In this document: positions 1 to 9,975 of the stretch, piece by piece
Layout: every line of letters begins with the position of its first letter
Position numbering within the stretch: the stretch's first letter is position 1
IMG/VR virus record: IMGVR_UViG_3300037493_003061
Location: 789-64,788 of that record
Strand: one strand, 5' to 3'
DNA length: 64,000 nucleotides
Source: a virus
Taxonomy: Duplodnaviria > Caudoviricetes
Notes under the pieces: model-generated
The model's database searches: none
What the model was told of the DNA's origin: nothing
The model's input: the letters and a program-made list of their open reading frames with translations, nothing else
Translations under genes and position numbers: made by a program

Positions 1-880
1 TAACATCTACTATCACCCCAACTAACACATCAACAAATACGCCAACTAATACTGTTACACCAACAAAGACTTCCACCAATACCCCTACAAACACACCAAC
101 CAATACTTCAACCAACACCCCTACGAATACCCCTACGAATACCCCTACAAAAACGGTTACGCCAACGAATACTCCGACTAACACTATAACTCAAACACCA
201 ACTAATACCCCAACCAATACTTTAACCCCAACCAATACGATTACTCAGACTCCAACTAACACCCCTACAAATACGACAACTAATACGGTAACACCAACAA
301 GAACTTCAACTAATACACCGACAAATACACCTACGAACACACCAACAAATACAATTACTAAGACCCCAACGAACACTATTACTCAAACACCTACGAGTAC
401 ATTAACACCAACAACCACCCCAACTAACACACCAACGAACACAATTACTAAGACCCCAACAAATACCCCAACTCCAACTAACACAATTACTAAGACACCG
501 ACTAATACTATAACTCAAACACCTACGAACACACCAACTCAGACTCCAACAAACACACCAACGAATACGAACACACCTACCAACACTATCACACCAACTA
601 ATACGATAACACCCACTAAAACCCCAACACCAACTAATACACCAACTAATACTATAACCCCTACAAATACGATTACTAAAACTCCAACTAATACAATAAC
701 CCAAACACCAACTAACACGCCAACTAACACCATCACTAAGACACCAACTAACACTCCGACTAACACCCCTACTAACACAATTACTCAAACGCCAACTAAC
801 ACCCCAACAAGAACTGTCACACCAACTAATACGCCAACAAGAACTGTTACACCAACACCAACAGTCACACCAATACTACC
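1..880 (+). repeat. Degenerate coding tandem repeat ([10 protein letters not shown] units)
   Basis: Recurrent acaccaactaac/aat 12-18 bp units encoding Thr-Pro-Thr-Asn. Confidence 0.95.
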
Positions 881-3791
881 TTTAGATTATGTTTCAACAT
901 TTGATTGTACATATCCTGTGACGATAAATATCAATACCTTTACAGGTGGTGTTCCACCATATTTTGTAGGGGATACTTTCTACACAAGTCAAGCAGCAGC
1001 GTTGGCAAACACAATTTGGAGTGAAGCGTCAAGTGCCGCTTATGGTGTTGGAACTAGTGGTTTTTATTGGACAGTTATTAAAGATTCAGTTGGAACATTA
1101 TTATCAAAATCGGTGAACGCTATTTGTCCAACTCAAACACCAACCCCAACTCAAACAAGAACTGAAACACCAACTCAAACACCAACTAATACGATTACCC
1201 CTACGAATACTAAAACACCAACTCAAACAATAACCCCAACTAAAACACCAACTCAAACAATAACCCCAACTAAAACACCAACTCAAACAATAACCCCAAC
1301 CGCCAACCAAACTTGTTTTACTTTCCCATCAAATCAAACTAATATAATTATAAACGATAATGGTCCAGCATCAGTTTACCCAATAACGTTTACAATTTCA
1401 GGTTTAGTTACAGCAATTAGTGATGTTAAAATAACATTAAGTGGATATTCACATACAGGTGTTGGAGATGTTGGTATGTTATTGGTCGCGCCTGATAATA
1501 CAAGTTGGTCATTATTAACCGGTAGAGTTGGAGGGGTTAATAATGCCGTTAACGCTAACGTAACATTAACAAGTTTTAGTTCACCAACATGGGATGGCTT
1601 TAGTTCAGGGACATTCAAAAATAATACTTTGGTTAATAACTCAATGCCATTTTCCGCACCATGTCCAACGACTTTTACAACCGGTAATTCACCAGCGTTC
1701 ACAATATTTGACGGAATACAACCGCCAGTTTCAAATGGCACATGGTCATTATATATTCAAGATTTTTCAATAGTTGATGTTGGTACATTATCAGGTGCGA
1801 CATTAGTCATATGTTCTGAAAACACAACCCCGACTCCAACCCCAACTAACACTGTCACACCAACTAATACCATAACACCAACAAGAACCGCAACTAATAC
1901 ACCAACTAACACTCCGACGAATACCATAACACCGACGAATACCATAACCCCAACTAAAACATCCACACCAACTAAAACATCCACACCAACTAATACACCA
2001 ACTAACACTATAACCCCAACAAATACGATAACACCAACTAAAACCCCGACTAATACCATAACACCCACAAATACGATAACACCAACTAAAACCGCAACGC
2101 CAACGAATACCCCTACTAACACAATTACACCCACTAAAACCCCAACACCAACTAATACACCAACTAATACTATAACCCCTACAAATACGATAACACCAAC
2201 TAAAACCCCGACTAATACCATAACACCCACAAATACGATAACACCAACTAAAACAGCCACTCCAACGAATACCCCTACTAACACAATTACACCCACTAAA
2301 ACCCCAACACCAACTAATACACCAACTAATACCATAACACCCACAAATACGATAACACCAACTAAAACCGCAACGCCAACGAATACCCCTACTAACACAA
2401 TTACACCCACTAAAACAGCAACACCAACTAACACACCAACTAATACCCCGACTAAAACCGCAACACCAACAAATACTTTAACACCCACAATAACACCACC
2501 ACCAGTTATTTGTTTCTTTTTCTCATCGTATATTAACCCAAGTACAGGGCCATATGGTACTTATCAAATATCAACAGGTTCAAGTGGGTTTTATAATGGA
2601 TATCCGTATTACACAATTATAGCACAATCCACAATCACAGGTTATGTTTGGTACGACACCGTCAATACTACATGGACTTACACAACAACTTTAGGTGGTG
2701 GTACAACTATTAGCGTATTAAATAATTCAATTTCACTACCCTACCCAATATCAAATAGACCGGCCATTTGGTTTGGTTCAATCGCCACAGGAAGTATGGA
2801 TGAATCTACTTCAGGTACATGTCCAACACCAACACCAACACCAACAACCACCGTTACGCCTACTAAAACACCAACAAATACACCAACTAGAACTGTAACA
2901 CCATCTATAACACCAACAAATACGATAACACCAACTAAAACAACAACACCATCACAATCAATAACACCAACTAGAACCGTTACACCTACCAACACCGTGA
3001 CACCAACTAGAACCGTTACGCCAACAAGTTCAACACCAGTATTCTCATTATCTGCTTGTGATGTTGTCTTCTCAAATAGTAGCATTTCACCATACCAATT
3101 CACGTATAACGTTAGTACAAATATTAAAACATCAATATCAACACCGGCACTTAATAGCCAATATGTTGCAAAAACATCTAATAGATTATGGTTAGATAAT
3201 GGTACATCATCGGCAACCGTTACAAATTTAAATGAATATGTGTTAGTTCAAAGTCCTTACAGTGTATCATTAAATCGTGCAATAGCCATATCAAATAATG
3301 GTTCAGGTAATTTCTGGACAGGATTTTTAGCTTACGATAATACCACATTAATTGGTGGTAATGGTACATTCCCAACTGTTTTAAGACAATTGGATATAAC
3401 AACAACCACTGCGACTCAAACAGTTTTATGGAGTACTCCGGTAACAAGACAAATGGTTGGTAATCCTATTTTCACAACCGCTGGTAAGCTACTATATTTA
3501 AACATTGACAATGCCGGAACACCTAATTCTTACATAACACAAAGAGATTACTTAACAGGCACATTAGAATACGAACTTCAAATTGGTTCTGCCGGTGATA
3601 TTTACACAGGTTTATTCTACACAGGATTCGCATTATATACGGTTAAAAATGACGGTAATGTATACCTTATTGACCCATGTACACCTCCATATTTAGTATC
3701 AGTTGGTTCTACAACAGTTAACACATCATCTCAAGCGGCACAAACAGCTTCTTGTATGACCATCAGTATAGCATATTTAACCTGTTTTTAA
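3..3791 (+). CDS. 5'-truncated mucin-like modular surface/fibre protein (Thr/Pro/Asn linkers separating globular domains, including a proprotein-convertase P-domain-like module)
   Basis: Frame 3 is open from the window start ([16 protein letters not shown]...) and continuous with ORF 918..3791. P-domain-like motifs [23 protein letters not shown] and [15 protein letters not shown] lie at ~1313-1815. Confidence 0.8.
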   Translation, partial: TSTITPTNTSTNTPTNTVTPTKTSTNTPTNTPTNTSTNTPTNTPTNTPTKTVTPTNTPTNTITQTPTNTPTNTLTPTNTITQTPTNTPTNTTTNTVTPTRTSTNTPTNTPTNTPTNTITKTPTNTITQTPTSTLTPTTTPTNTPTNTITKTPTNTPTPTNTITKTPTNTITQTPTNTPTQTPTNTPTNTNTPTNTITPTNTITPTKTPTPTNTPTNTITPTNTITKTPTNTITQTPTNTPTNTITKTPTNTPTNTPTNTITQTPTNTPTRTVTPTNTPTRTVTPTPTVTPILPLDYVSTFDCTYPVTININTFTGGVPPYFVGDTFYTSQAAALANTIWSEASSAAYGVGTSGFYWTVIKDSVGTLLSKSVNAICPTQTPTPTQTRTETPTQTPTNTITPTNTKTPTQTITPTKTPTQTITPTKTPTQTITPTANQTCFTFPSNQTNIIINDNGPASVYPITFTISGLVTAISDVKITLSGYSHTGVGDVGMLLVAPDNTSWSLLTGRVGGVNNAVNANVTLTSFSSPTWDGFSSGTFKNNTLVNNSMPFSAPCPTTFTTGNSPAFTIFDGIQPPVSNGTWSLYIQDFSIVDVGTLSGATLVICSENTTPTPTPTNTVTPTNTITPTRTATNTPTNTPTNTITPTNTITPTKTSTPTKTSTPTNTPTNTITPTNTITPTKTPTNTITPTNTITPTKTATPTNTPTNTITPTKTPTPTNTPTNTITPTNTITPTKTPTNTITPTNTITPTKTATPTNTPTNTITPTKTPTPTNTPTNTITPTNTITPTKTATPTNTPTNTITPTKTATPTNTPTNTPTKTATPTNTLTPTITPPPVICFFFSSYINPSTGPYGTYQISTGSSGFYNGYPYYTIIAQSTITGYVWYDTVNTTWTYTTTLGGGTTISVLNNSISLPYPISNRPAIWFGSIATGSMDESTSGTCPTPTPTPTTTVTPTKTPTNTPTRTVTPSITPTNTITPTKTTTPSQSITPTRTVTPTNTVTPTRTVTPTSSTPVFSLSACDVVFSNSSISPYQFTYNVSTNIKTSISTPALNSQYVAKTSNRLWLDNGTSSATVTNLNEYVLVQSPYSVSLNRAIAISNNGSGNFWTGFLAYDNTTLIGGNGTFPTVLRQLDITTTTATQTVLWSTPVTRQMVGNPIFTTAGKLLYLNIDNAGTPNSYITQRDYLTGTLEYELQIGSAGDIYTGLFYTGFALYTVKNDGNVYLIDPCTPPYLVSVGSTTVNTSSQAAQTASCMTISIAYLTCF
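1209..1300 (+). repeat. Three perfect 30-bp tandem repeats ([10 protein letters not shown])
   Basis: actaaaacaccaactcaaacaataacccca x3. Confidence 0.95.
1984..2417 (+). repeat. Near-identical 162-bp tandem duplication, with a third shortened copy, inside the Thr/Pro linker
   Basis: Units start at 1984, 2146 and 2308 with caccaactaatacaccaactaa and share synonymous codon choices. Confidence 0.85.
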
Positions 3792-3861
3792 TACAAATTC
3801 TTAACTAGTTTAATTACATTTGTAATGTAAAACATTTTCGTAATACAAAACAAAAGGGCAA

Positions 3862-3887
3862 AGAAAAAGGGAAGTGTAAACTCCCCT
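3862..3887 (-). terminator. Rho-independent terminator after the RuvC-like gene
   Basis: - strand AGGGGAGT-TTAC-ACTTCCCT followed by TTTTCTTT, between convergent genes. Confidence 0.6.
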
Positions 3888-3908
3888 TCTATTTTAATAT
3901 CTATTTGT

Positions 3909-4517
3909 TTACCAAACCTCAATTTGATTCATGAATCCAAGGACACAACAATAAGCATCCGTTTGGTCAAAATTTTCTTTTTTAAGAGTATTATTTTTAG
4001 TGTACTGCCATTGAATTTGTGGTTCAAGTTTTGCAATTTTTTCCCATATAATCATTTTCTTATCAATGTCTTTTGGAAGTCCACCAAACAAAACATATTT
4101 ACCTTTATCATTTTGTTGAACCAATTCAGGAAACGCAAACTTTCTTGAATTATAAGTTGAGATGAATTCAGGAACTATACCAAGCATATCGTAAATTTCT
4201 TTACAGATAAAACTATTAAATCTCATTAAAACTTGAACAGTATTAATATTATTTGAGTTCAACAAAGGTTCCTCAATAATGACTCTAACAATACCTAAAT
4301 TTTTATATTCTATTAATTTACTCTTAAAAACTTCCGCCTTTAACAATAATTCTTTAATTTTACTATTATCTTGATTTTCCTTAGATTTTGGTCTTGGCGA
4401 TATGTGAGTCAATTCCAAGAGTTCTTTACTTTGAATGTCAAATAATGCCCACCCGATTGTTCGGGTTGAAACATCTAATCCTAATACTTTTGGACTTTCT
4501 TTTAATGTTTTACTCAT
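3909..4517 (-). CDS. RuvC-like Holliday junction resolvase
   Basis: VLGLDVSTRTIGWA, VIIEEP and FDQTDAYC acidic RNase H-fold motifs; probable start MSKTLKE at 4517. Confidence 0.8.
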   Translation of the reverse strand: MSKTLKESPKVLGLDVSTRTIGWALFDIQSKELLELTHISPRPKSKENQDNSKIKELLLKAEVFKSKLIEYKNLGIVRVIIEEPLLNSNNINTVQVLMRFNSFICKEIYDMLGIVPEFISTYNSRKFAFPELVQQNDKGKYVLFGGLPKDIDKKMIIWEKIAKLEPQIQWQYTKNNTLKKENFDQTDAYCCVLGFMNQIEVW

Positions 4518-4521
4518 AAAT

Positions 4522-6999
4522 TTAAAAATCAAATTTTATTACAAACTGTTGAATCCCTTGTCTTGGAGTCGGAGATTGTAGTTTTGATATAATCATAAGG
4601 TCGTCACTGGAATCGTAAAGGGCAATTTCAGTTATATATAAAGGTTTACCATTAACCCAACTAGGATTTGAACTTGCTTGGAACTCCGCATCCCCTAAAT
4701 TAATTTTATATTTCATTTCATATATCGTTGCCTGTACGTCAGTTTCAACTGTACCATAGAAGTAATATTCATCACCAAAATTTAATTGTTGACCTGTAAA
4801 ACTTTTAGGTGTTAATTCAATATAATCCGATAAATCATAAATCGGAGCAGCATCGTATAAATCTTTACTTATAACAAAAGTAGTGCCTGTTAATCCTTCC
4901 TCAGTTATATGCCCATTAATAGTTGTTGCAGATAATAAATCCGTATAGTCAATTACTTTCCATTCAGTAGGTTCAGGTCTTCCATTACCAATCACTTTTT
5001 GACAAATAATTTCAAATTTATCTGCGAAGAATCCTGTCGGTAAATTACACACATCAGGACAAAGTGTTGTAGTCGTAGCAACATAGTTACCAATTGTTGT
5101 CGTTGTCGTCACCGGTGAATATGTTTTATAATTTAAACACCCAAACTCACCACCAAATCTCACAGAAACATTTTGAGGTCCAATATCTAAACAAGATAAA
5201 TTAGGACCTTGTATTTTAGTATAATAATTACAATGTAACGAATTTGTAAAAGAATTTTCATTACCCAATCTATAAGTAATGTATAAGTATTCAGTATTAC
5301 CCGTTAAAATCCCCTCACTTGATTGATTTGATGAACCGCAAGTGTTTGGTGTGGTCAACGCCACTTTAGGTGCCGGTAATGTCCAATTTCTATTTGATTT
5401 ATATGATAACGATGCAATTATTTCTTCATCGTCAATAATAACAATTTTATGGTCAGGAAACACCTTACCAATTCTATTTGGTAAATTAGTACTTGGATTT
5501 GGGTTATTATCCCATAAGTTATAATAACGAATTCCAGGCGTGTTCATATCAAGATTTTTCTTAGACTCAATATAACTAGGCTGAAATAAGTCAAAATCCT
5601 CAAACCCTGGAGGGTCAACCCAAAATGATTGTCCTTGACAACAGTCAGGATTTTTATGCCACATTAATGTTGGTAAGCTAATCTTGAAGTTTCTCGCTTG
5701 CCCAATAGTATCTTCAGGTAATGTTGGGTCTAAAGGTTCTAATGCAAATTTTTCACCATAATAAAAATCAATTGTCTGATTAGTATAATGAATAATAGCT
5801 ATCGCCTTTTGTTCTTCAGGTTGGACCTTAACAATCTCACCAAATGAATTATAATAATATGTATCGGTCGTTTCAGCACTTAAAGTTGGGTCAACATTGA
5901 ATGTTTGACCACTGTTTGACATATAACCTAAGTATTCTTTAGTTCCCATATATTGTACCGAACCAAAGTTAGAAAACCCTTTAACCACATCACTATCTAA
6001 CCCTGCAAAATCTTCAGACCAAGGAATATTCATATTCCATATTTTTACATCTAATTCATCACTATTACATAATGAACCAAAATTAATTACGTCAGTATTA
6101 TAATGATTTAATGGTGTTATACTATCATATAAATTAGTCATATTAGGTGGGTAAATAACCGTTCTTGCATAACATACACCCATTAAATCAGTATAATCAG
6201 GTGTTGGTCTGTCTAATGTAATAACGTTATTACACACGTCTAAAATTCTATAAGTTAAAATACCATAACAACTAAACATACTCATAACACAGGTTGTTTC
6301 AACAGGTGCTGGCGTCGGAGTTGGGAATGTAGGAGTCGGAGTTGGTTCAGGTGTTTCACAAGGTAATGTTTCCGTAGGTGTCGGAGTTTCAGTTGGCGTC
6401 TCAGTTGGAGTGGGTGTAGGTGTAGGCGTTAAACCACCACAATTACAATCATTTTTACCCCTACCATCATAATAAATAGTAATTAAATCACCAACTTGTG
6501 GTAATCTCACAATATTGGTATTACAACCCGAATAAACAACATTAATAGTATCACTACCATTCAATGTTGACATATCAACTATATAATTAGAATTTATAAC
6601 ATGTTTATTATCCGTAAACGCACTCCAGTATGTGAAGTTATCAATAGTTACACCCGTAAAAAAACCTCTTGGTTCCGCACGGTTATAAATAGGACTTGAA
6701 ATAGAATCCATATATGGTATACCATACGTATTACCATTAAATCCTTTCACATAATATGGATATTTTATATTCTGTTTGTTTGATTGGGGGGAACCACTTG
6801 AATTCTGAGCATTAAATGCCGGTTCTAAAATCATTGTTTCAGATTGATTGTACGATGCGTCCAACCCATTATAAGAAACCTCACTATCACCAATTTGGAA
6901 ATAAGAAATGTTAAAATTACCCTGTGATAATTTCTCCCTACCTGTATCAGTTAATCTACTGTTTAGTAAAGCTGACGTATTTTTTAATATATAACTCAT
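4522..6999 (-). CDS. Baseplate/tail-fibre attachment (collar-like) structural protein with Pro/Thr linker
   Basis: N-terminal LTDTGREKLSQG..ISYFQIGDSEV and C-terminal YITEIALYD...IISKL..P resemble tail-collar/fibre-base domains; PTPT and poly-Thr inserts. Confidence 0.55.
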   Translation of the reverse strand: MSYILKNTSALLNSRLTDTGREKLSQGNFNISYFQIGDSEVSYNGLDASYNQSETMILEPAFNAQNSSGSPQSNKQNIKYPYYVKGFNGNTYGIPYMDSISSPIYNRAEPRGFFTGVTIDNFTYWSAFTDNKHVINSNYIVDMSTLNGSDTINVVYSGCNTNIVRLPQVGDLITIYYDGRGKNDCNCGGLTPTPTPTPTETPTETPTPTETLPCETPEPTPTPTFPTPTPAPVETTCVMSMFSCYGILTYRILDVCNNVITLDRPTPDYTDLMGVCYARTVIYPPNMTNLYDSITPLNHYNTDVINFGSLCNSDELDVKIWNMNIPWSEDFAGLDSDVVKGFSNFGSVQYMGTKEYLGYMSNSGQTFNVDPTLSAETTDTYYYNSFGEIVKVQPEEQKAIAIIHYTNQTIDFYYGEKFALEPLDPTLPEDTIGQARNFKISLPTLMWHKNPDCCQGQSFWVDPPGFEDFDLFQPSYIESKKNLDMNTPGIRYYNLWDNNPNPSTNLPNRIGKVFPDHKIVIIDDEEIIASLSYKSNRNWTLPAPKVALTTPNTCGSSNQSSEGILTGNTEYLYITYRLGNENSFTNSLHCNYYTKIQGPNLSCLDIGPQNVSVRFGGEFGCLNYKTYSPVTTTTTIGNYVATTTTLCPDVCNLPTGFFADKFEIICQKVIGNGRPEPTEWKVIDYTDLLSATTINGHITEEGLTGTTFVISKDLYDAAPIYDLSDYIELTPKSFTGQQLNFGDEYYFYGTVETDVQATIYEMKYKINLGDAEFQASSNPSWVNGKPLYITEIALYDSSDDLMIISKLQSPTPRQGIQQFVIKFDF

Positions 7000-7029
7000 A
7001 TAATATTTTTTCTTTTTTTATTCGTATAG

Positions 7030-8376
7030 TTAATTACTATAATTTGTTTGAATTAAACTACAACATGTACAATCAACTAAATGTGAATTAACTATGAACG
7101 CATAATTACTAGTAAATAATGCCGAACAACATCCAGGAAATTGGCCACGACAATCTAATGTATAATCTCTAACCACCTTTACACTATAATTACTAGTTGT
7201 TGTGAATTCCAAATTTTGATATGTAAAGTTATAACCTGTCATATACATAGTATTAAATGAACATGAGTTAAGCACATTCGGTCCACTCGTTTCTGTAGTA
7301 TTATTAATACCAATATTTGGTACTCCGTTATTTAAAACCACAGGTGTAAAGGTTGAAGTCGCAGAATTTATATTAGGTGTACGAGAAAAATCACCATGAA
7401 GTTCTAAATCAAAAACTATTTTAACCCCAACAGGTAAACTAGGCGTTACCGTTAATGGGTATGTATACTCATATGAAGTATTACTTAATTGAACCACTAA
7501 TGGTGCTAAAAATGATATAGTGTATGTCGTTATTTGTTGACTATTAAAGACAATATTACCAGATTGAGAAACCACAATATTATTCGTAGAATCTTTAATC
7601 TGAGGTGTATAAGGAACATTAGAACATAAATTTGAGAATAAAGGACTTGACCCCCACGTTATACCCCCATTTATTGAATATTGATATGGTGGGACTCCAC
7701 CACTACCTTGTATAGTTATTGACGCATTACAACTCGTACATGTTGGGTCATTTTTACTTACACTTAACTTTAAATTATCAACATTAACACATACACCTTC
7801 GTTCACCGTAACAATTCCTTCATAACCTAAAATTAACCACCCATTAAATGGTGGGTAAGCCGGATTATTATTAATAATTGTTAAATTGTTTAACGTGTCA
7901 ACTAACTCCCAACGATTATCAACATTATCCCAAACAATAGTGTACAATTCATCATCAGAAATCCAACTTTGTTTATTATTTACAACCCCATTAGGATTAA
8001 AATGAATGGATAAATTCACATGACCAACATTTCCAACATAATTAATAATCATACAGAAATCATAGGTTATTATAGGTAATGTAGTTGTAGTAGTCGTTGT
8101 TGTTGGAATAAGCGGACCTGTTAACACACAAATAGTATTGGCGGTAAAATCACCATAATAATCAACAATTGTTGCGGGATATGAACCCACCGATAAATTA
8201 TTAATTACAAATGAACTATTCCCATTTCCCCAAGTAATATTGTAAGGAGGTGTTCCACCTGTTACAATTAAAGTTGCTGCACCATCAGACGTATTTTGTC
8301 CACTAGGATTAGTAACTTGACATGCAACCCCAAGTGGGAAAATTACAATAGGTTGACACTCGTTATTTTCAGGCAT
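7030..8376 (-). CDS. SprB-repeat-containing fibre/adhesin-like protein
   Basis: DGAATLIVTGGTPPYNITW...NLSVGSY and NDPTC..CNASITIQGSGGVPPYQYSI repeats; poly-Thr linker. Confidence 0.65.
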   Translation of the reverse strand: MPENNECQPIVIFPLGVACQVTNPSGQNTSDGAATLIVTGGTPPYNITWGNGNSSFVINNLSVGSYPATIVDYYGDFTANTICVLTGPLIPTTTTTTTTLPIITYDFCMIINYVGNVGHVNLSIHFNPNGVVNNKQSWISDDELYTIVWDNVDNRWELVDTLNNLTIINNNPAYPPFNGWLILGYEGIVTVNEGVCVNVDNLKLSVSKNDPTCTSCNASITIQGSGGVPPYQYSINGGITWGSSPLFSNLCSNVPYTPQIKDSTNNIVVSQSGNIVFNSQQITTYTISFLAPLVVQLSNTSYEYTYPLTVTPSLPVGVKIVFDLELHGDFSRTPNINSATSTFTPVVLNNGVPNIGINNTTETSGPNVLNSCSFNTMYMTGYNFTYQNLEFTTTSNYSVKVVRDYTLDCRGQFPGCCSALFTSNYAFIVNSHLVDCTCCSLIQTNYSN

Positions 8377-8393
8377 TATTAATCTGTTTTTTA

Positions 8394-8401
8394 TATAAAT
8401 A
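8394..8401 (-). promoter_or_regulatory. Putative late-promoter motif TATTTATA
   Basis: 18 nt upstream of the start at 8376; the same motif recurs before many structural genes. Confidence 0.55.
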
Positions 8402-8402
8402 A

Positions 8403-9389
8403 TCAGTTATTTCGTTTTTGTTGAATTAACGACTTCATAACTTCAATATATTTTATGGTAGAACTATTCTTTTCAATAAAATCAAAATAATTAGGGTCAT
8501 TTTCAATTTTTAGTAATGGGTCATCATTAATGTATTCCCCTTTATAAAATTTCCTATCTTTCAAATCTTCAGTAACACCCGCCATATGTAATATGGGTTT
8601 ATTATTATATAAAATGAGGTCGTCCGTTGCCCATGAAAAATCCAATTCTTTAGTCACCTTTGTTTCTTTACCAAAATACCACAGATTCCATAAAACCGAC
8701 CACATTTCAGCCGTCCAAAATTGTATTTCGCCAGGACTGATAGGGAATCGTTTTTGATAACTCATCATTTGGTCATATAATGGTACACAATCATCATAAA
8801 TTTTCTTCCACATCTCAGAATCGGTATCTTTTATAATATATTGACCACCACCCGAATTTTCTTGATTACATTTAACACAATTAATATTAACACCAACAAC
8901 ATCGGTCATCTCTTGAATTAATTGTCCTTTATTTGAATTGGGGTATTGAGTCTCATATCTATCACAACAATCCATAATATAATCATACCCTATATACCCA
9001 ACAGTGTCAGATAAATAAATAATATTATCTTTCATTAATTCTTTGAAATCAGGCAATTCTCTAAATATGATGTCAGCATCATGTAAAAAAAACGACTTTC
9101 CATATTGCGGATTTTCTTCTAACCATTTATAAATTAAAAATGGTTTTATATTCGGTATATAATGTTTTTTGTCTCGGTTATCAACATAATGATGGATATT
9201 TATACCTAAATCTTTTAATTCTAACGATTCTTTACTGGGTTCTTTTTTACCTTGAACTATCGCTAATACAACATGAATATCATTGGGGTTAATTCCTTTT
9301 TGTATAAAATTATGAACATAAACCTTAATTTGCCAATGAAAATATGGGACATCAGGTTGTGCCGAAACAAAGACTAAATTATTTTCCAT
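8403..9389 (-). CDS. GT-A glycosyltransferase, HPAT/SERGT (GT95/GT96)-like protein O-glycosyltransferase
   Basis: YFHWQ, YIPNIKP..IYKWL, FLHDADIIFR (DxD), WTAEMW and ILHMAG occur in the order I recall for plant peptidyl-Ser galactosyl-/Hyp arabinosyltransferases. Confidence 0.7.
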   Translation of the reverse strand: MENNLVFVSAQPDVPYFHWQIKVYVHNFIQKGINPNDIHVVLAIVQGKKEPSKESLELKDLGINIHHYVDNRDKKHYIPNIKPFLIYKWLEENPQYGKSFFLHDADIIFRELPDFKELMKDNIIYLSDTVGYIGYDYIMDCCDRYETQYPNSNKGQLIQEMTDVVGVNINCVKCNQENSGGGQYIIKDTDSEMWKKIYDDCVPLYDQMMSYQKRFPISPGEIQFWTAEMWSVLWNLWYFGKETKVTKELDFSWATDDLILYNNKPILHMAGVTEDLKDRKFYKGEYINDDPLLKIENDPNYFDFIEKNSSTIKYIEVMKSLIQQKRNN

Positions 9390-9432
9390 ACATGAAATAT
9401 AATTCAGAACTTTTCGTTATAAATAATACATT

Positions 9433-9963
9433 TTACGTGATTTGATTAAAATCCGGCATTGTTGATTGTTCAAATGATTCATTCATAAGTAGAACCATGA
9501 CATTTTGAATACAACACATAAACTCAGCTTCAGTTGTTTGATAATCTTCAGCTATAGTAATATCAAAACTTCCATCACCATAATCAACCACATACTCAAT
9601 TGTTATAGCACTCCCATCAATCGTCGGAACAATTGTTGACTCAGTCAAAATACCCGTTATTTTATTCTCTTCACACCTCATCATATTCCAAAAAACGGAA
9701 TATTTTACCAGGAAATCAATATAACATCCTTGATAAAAATCGGTATATATTTTTTCAATAAAAACCGATTCACAATCTTCACCATGAACACATGGGCTAG
9801 CCGCGAGAATATATCCTTCTAACGAGGCTATAAAAATATCTTTGGACTGATTCGCTTCTGATTCCATATTTTCCCAAATCACACAATCAACCTCAGTAGT
9901 GCCTGTTCCGAATACACCACCCCAAAAGTTGGTATAATCACAATTATCGTAAAAAAATGCCAT
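9433..9963 (-). CDS. Acidic Cys-containing hypothetical protein
   Basis: 176-aa ORF in the operon, D/E-rich; no recognisable motif. Confidence 0.6.
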   Translation of the reverse strand: MAFFYDNCDYTNFWGGVFGTGTTEVDCVIWENMESEANQSKDIFIASLEGYILAASPCVHGEDCESVFIEKIYTDFYQGCYIDFLVKYSVFWNMMRCEENKITGILTESTIVPTIDGSAITIEYVVDYGDGSFDITIAEDYQTTEAEFMCCIQNVMVLLMNESFEQSTMPDFNQIT

Positions 9964-9975
9964 ACTAATTTAAAA

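Noticed and set aside
918-920. GTG start of the 957-aa ORF
   Set aside because: The frame is open back to position 3, so the gene starts outside the window.
1-2480. Tandem repeats as a possible CRISPR array
   Set aside because: In-frame coding repeats with synonymous variation and no unique spacers; no cas genes in the window.
402-3103. Val/Gly-rich - strand ORFs (402-788, 539-778, 1104-1310, 1376-1741, 1757-2488, 2741-3103)
   Set aside because: Antisense shadows of the Thr/Pro repeat gene; composition is the reverse complement of ACN/CCN codons.
3909-4517. RuvC domain as a TnpB/Cas12-like effector
   Set aside because: Only ~200 aa, no zinc finger, bridge helix, adjacent array or IS ends; fits a phage Holliday junction resolvase.
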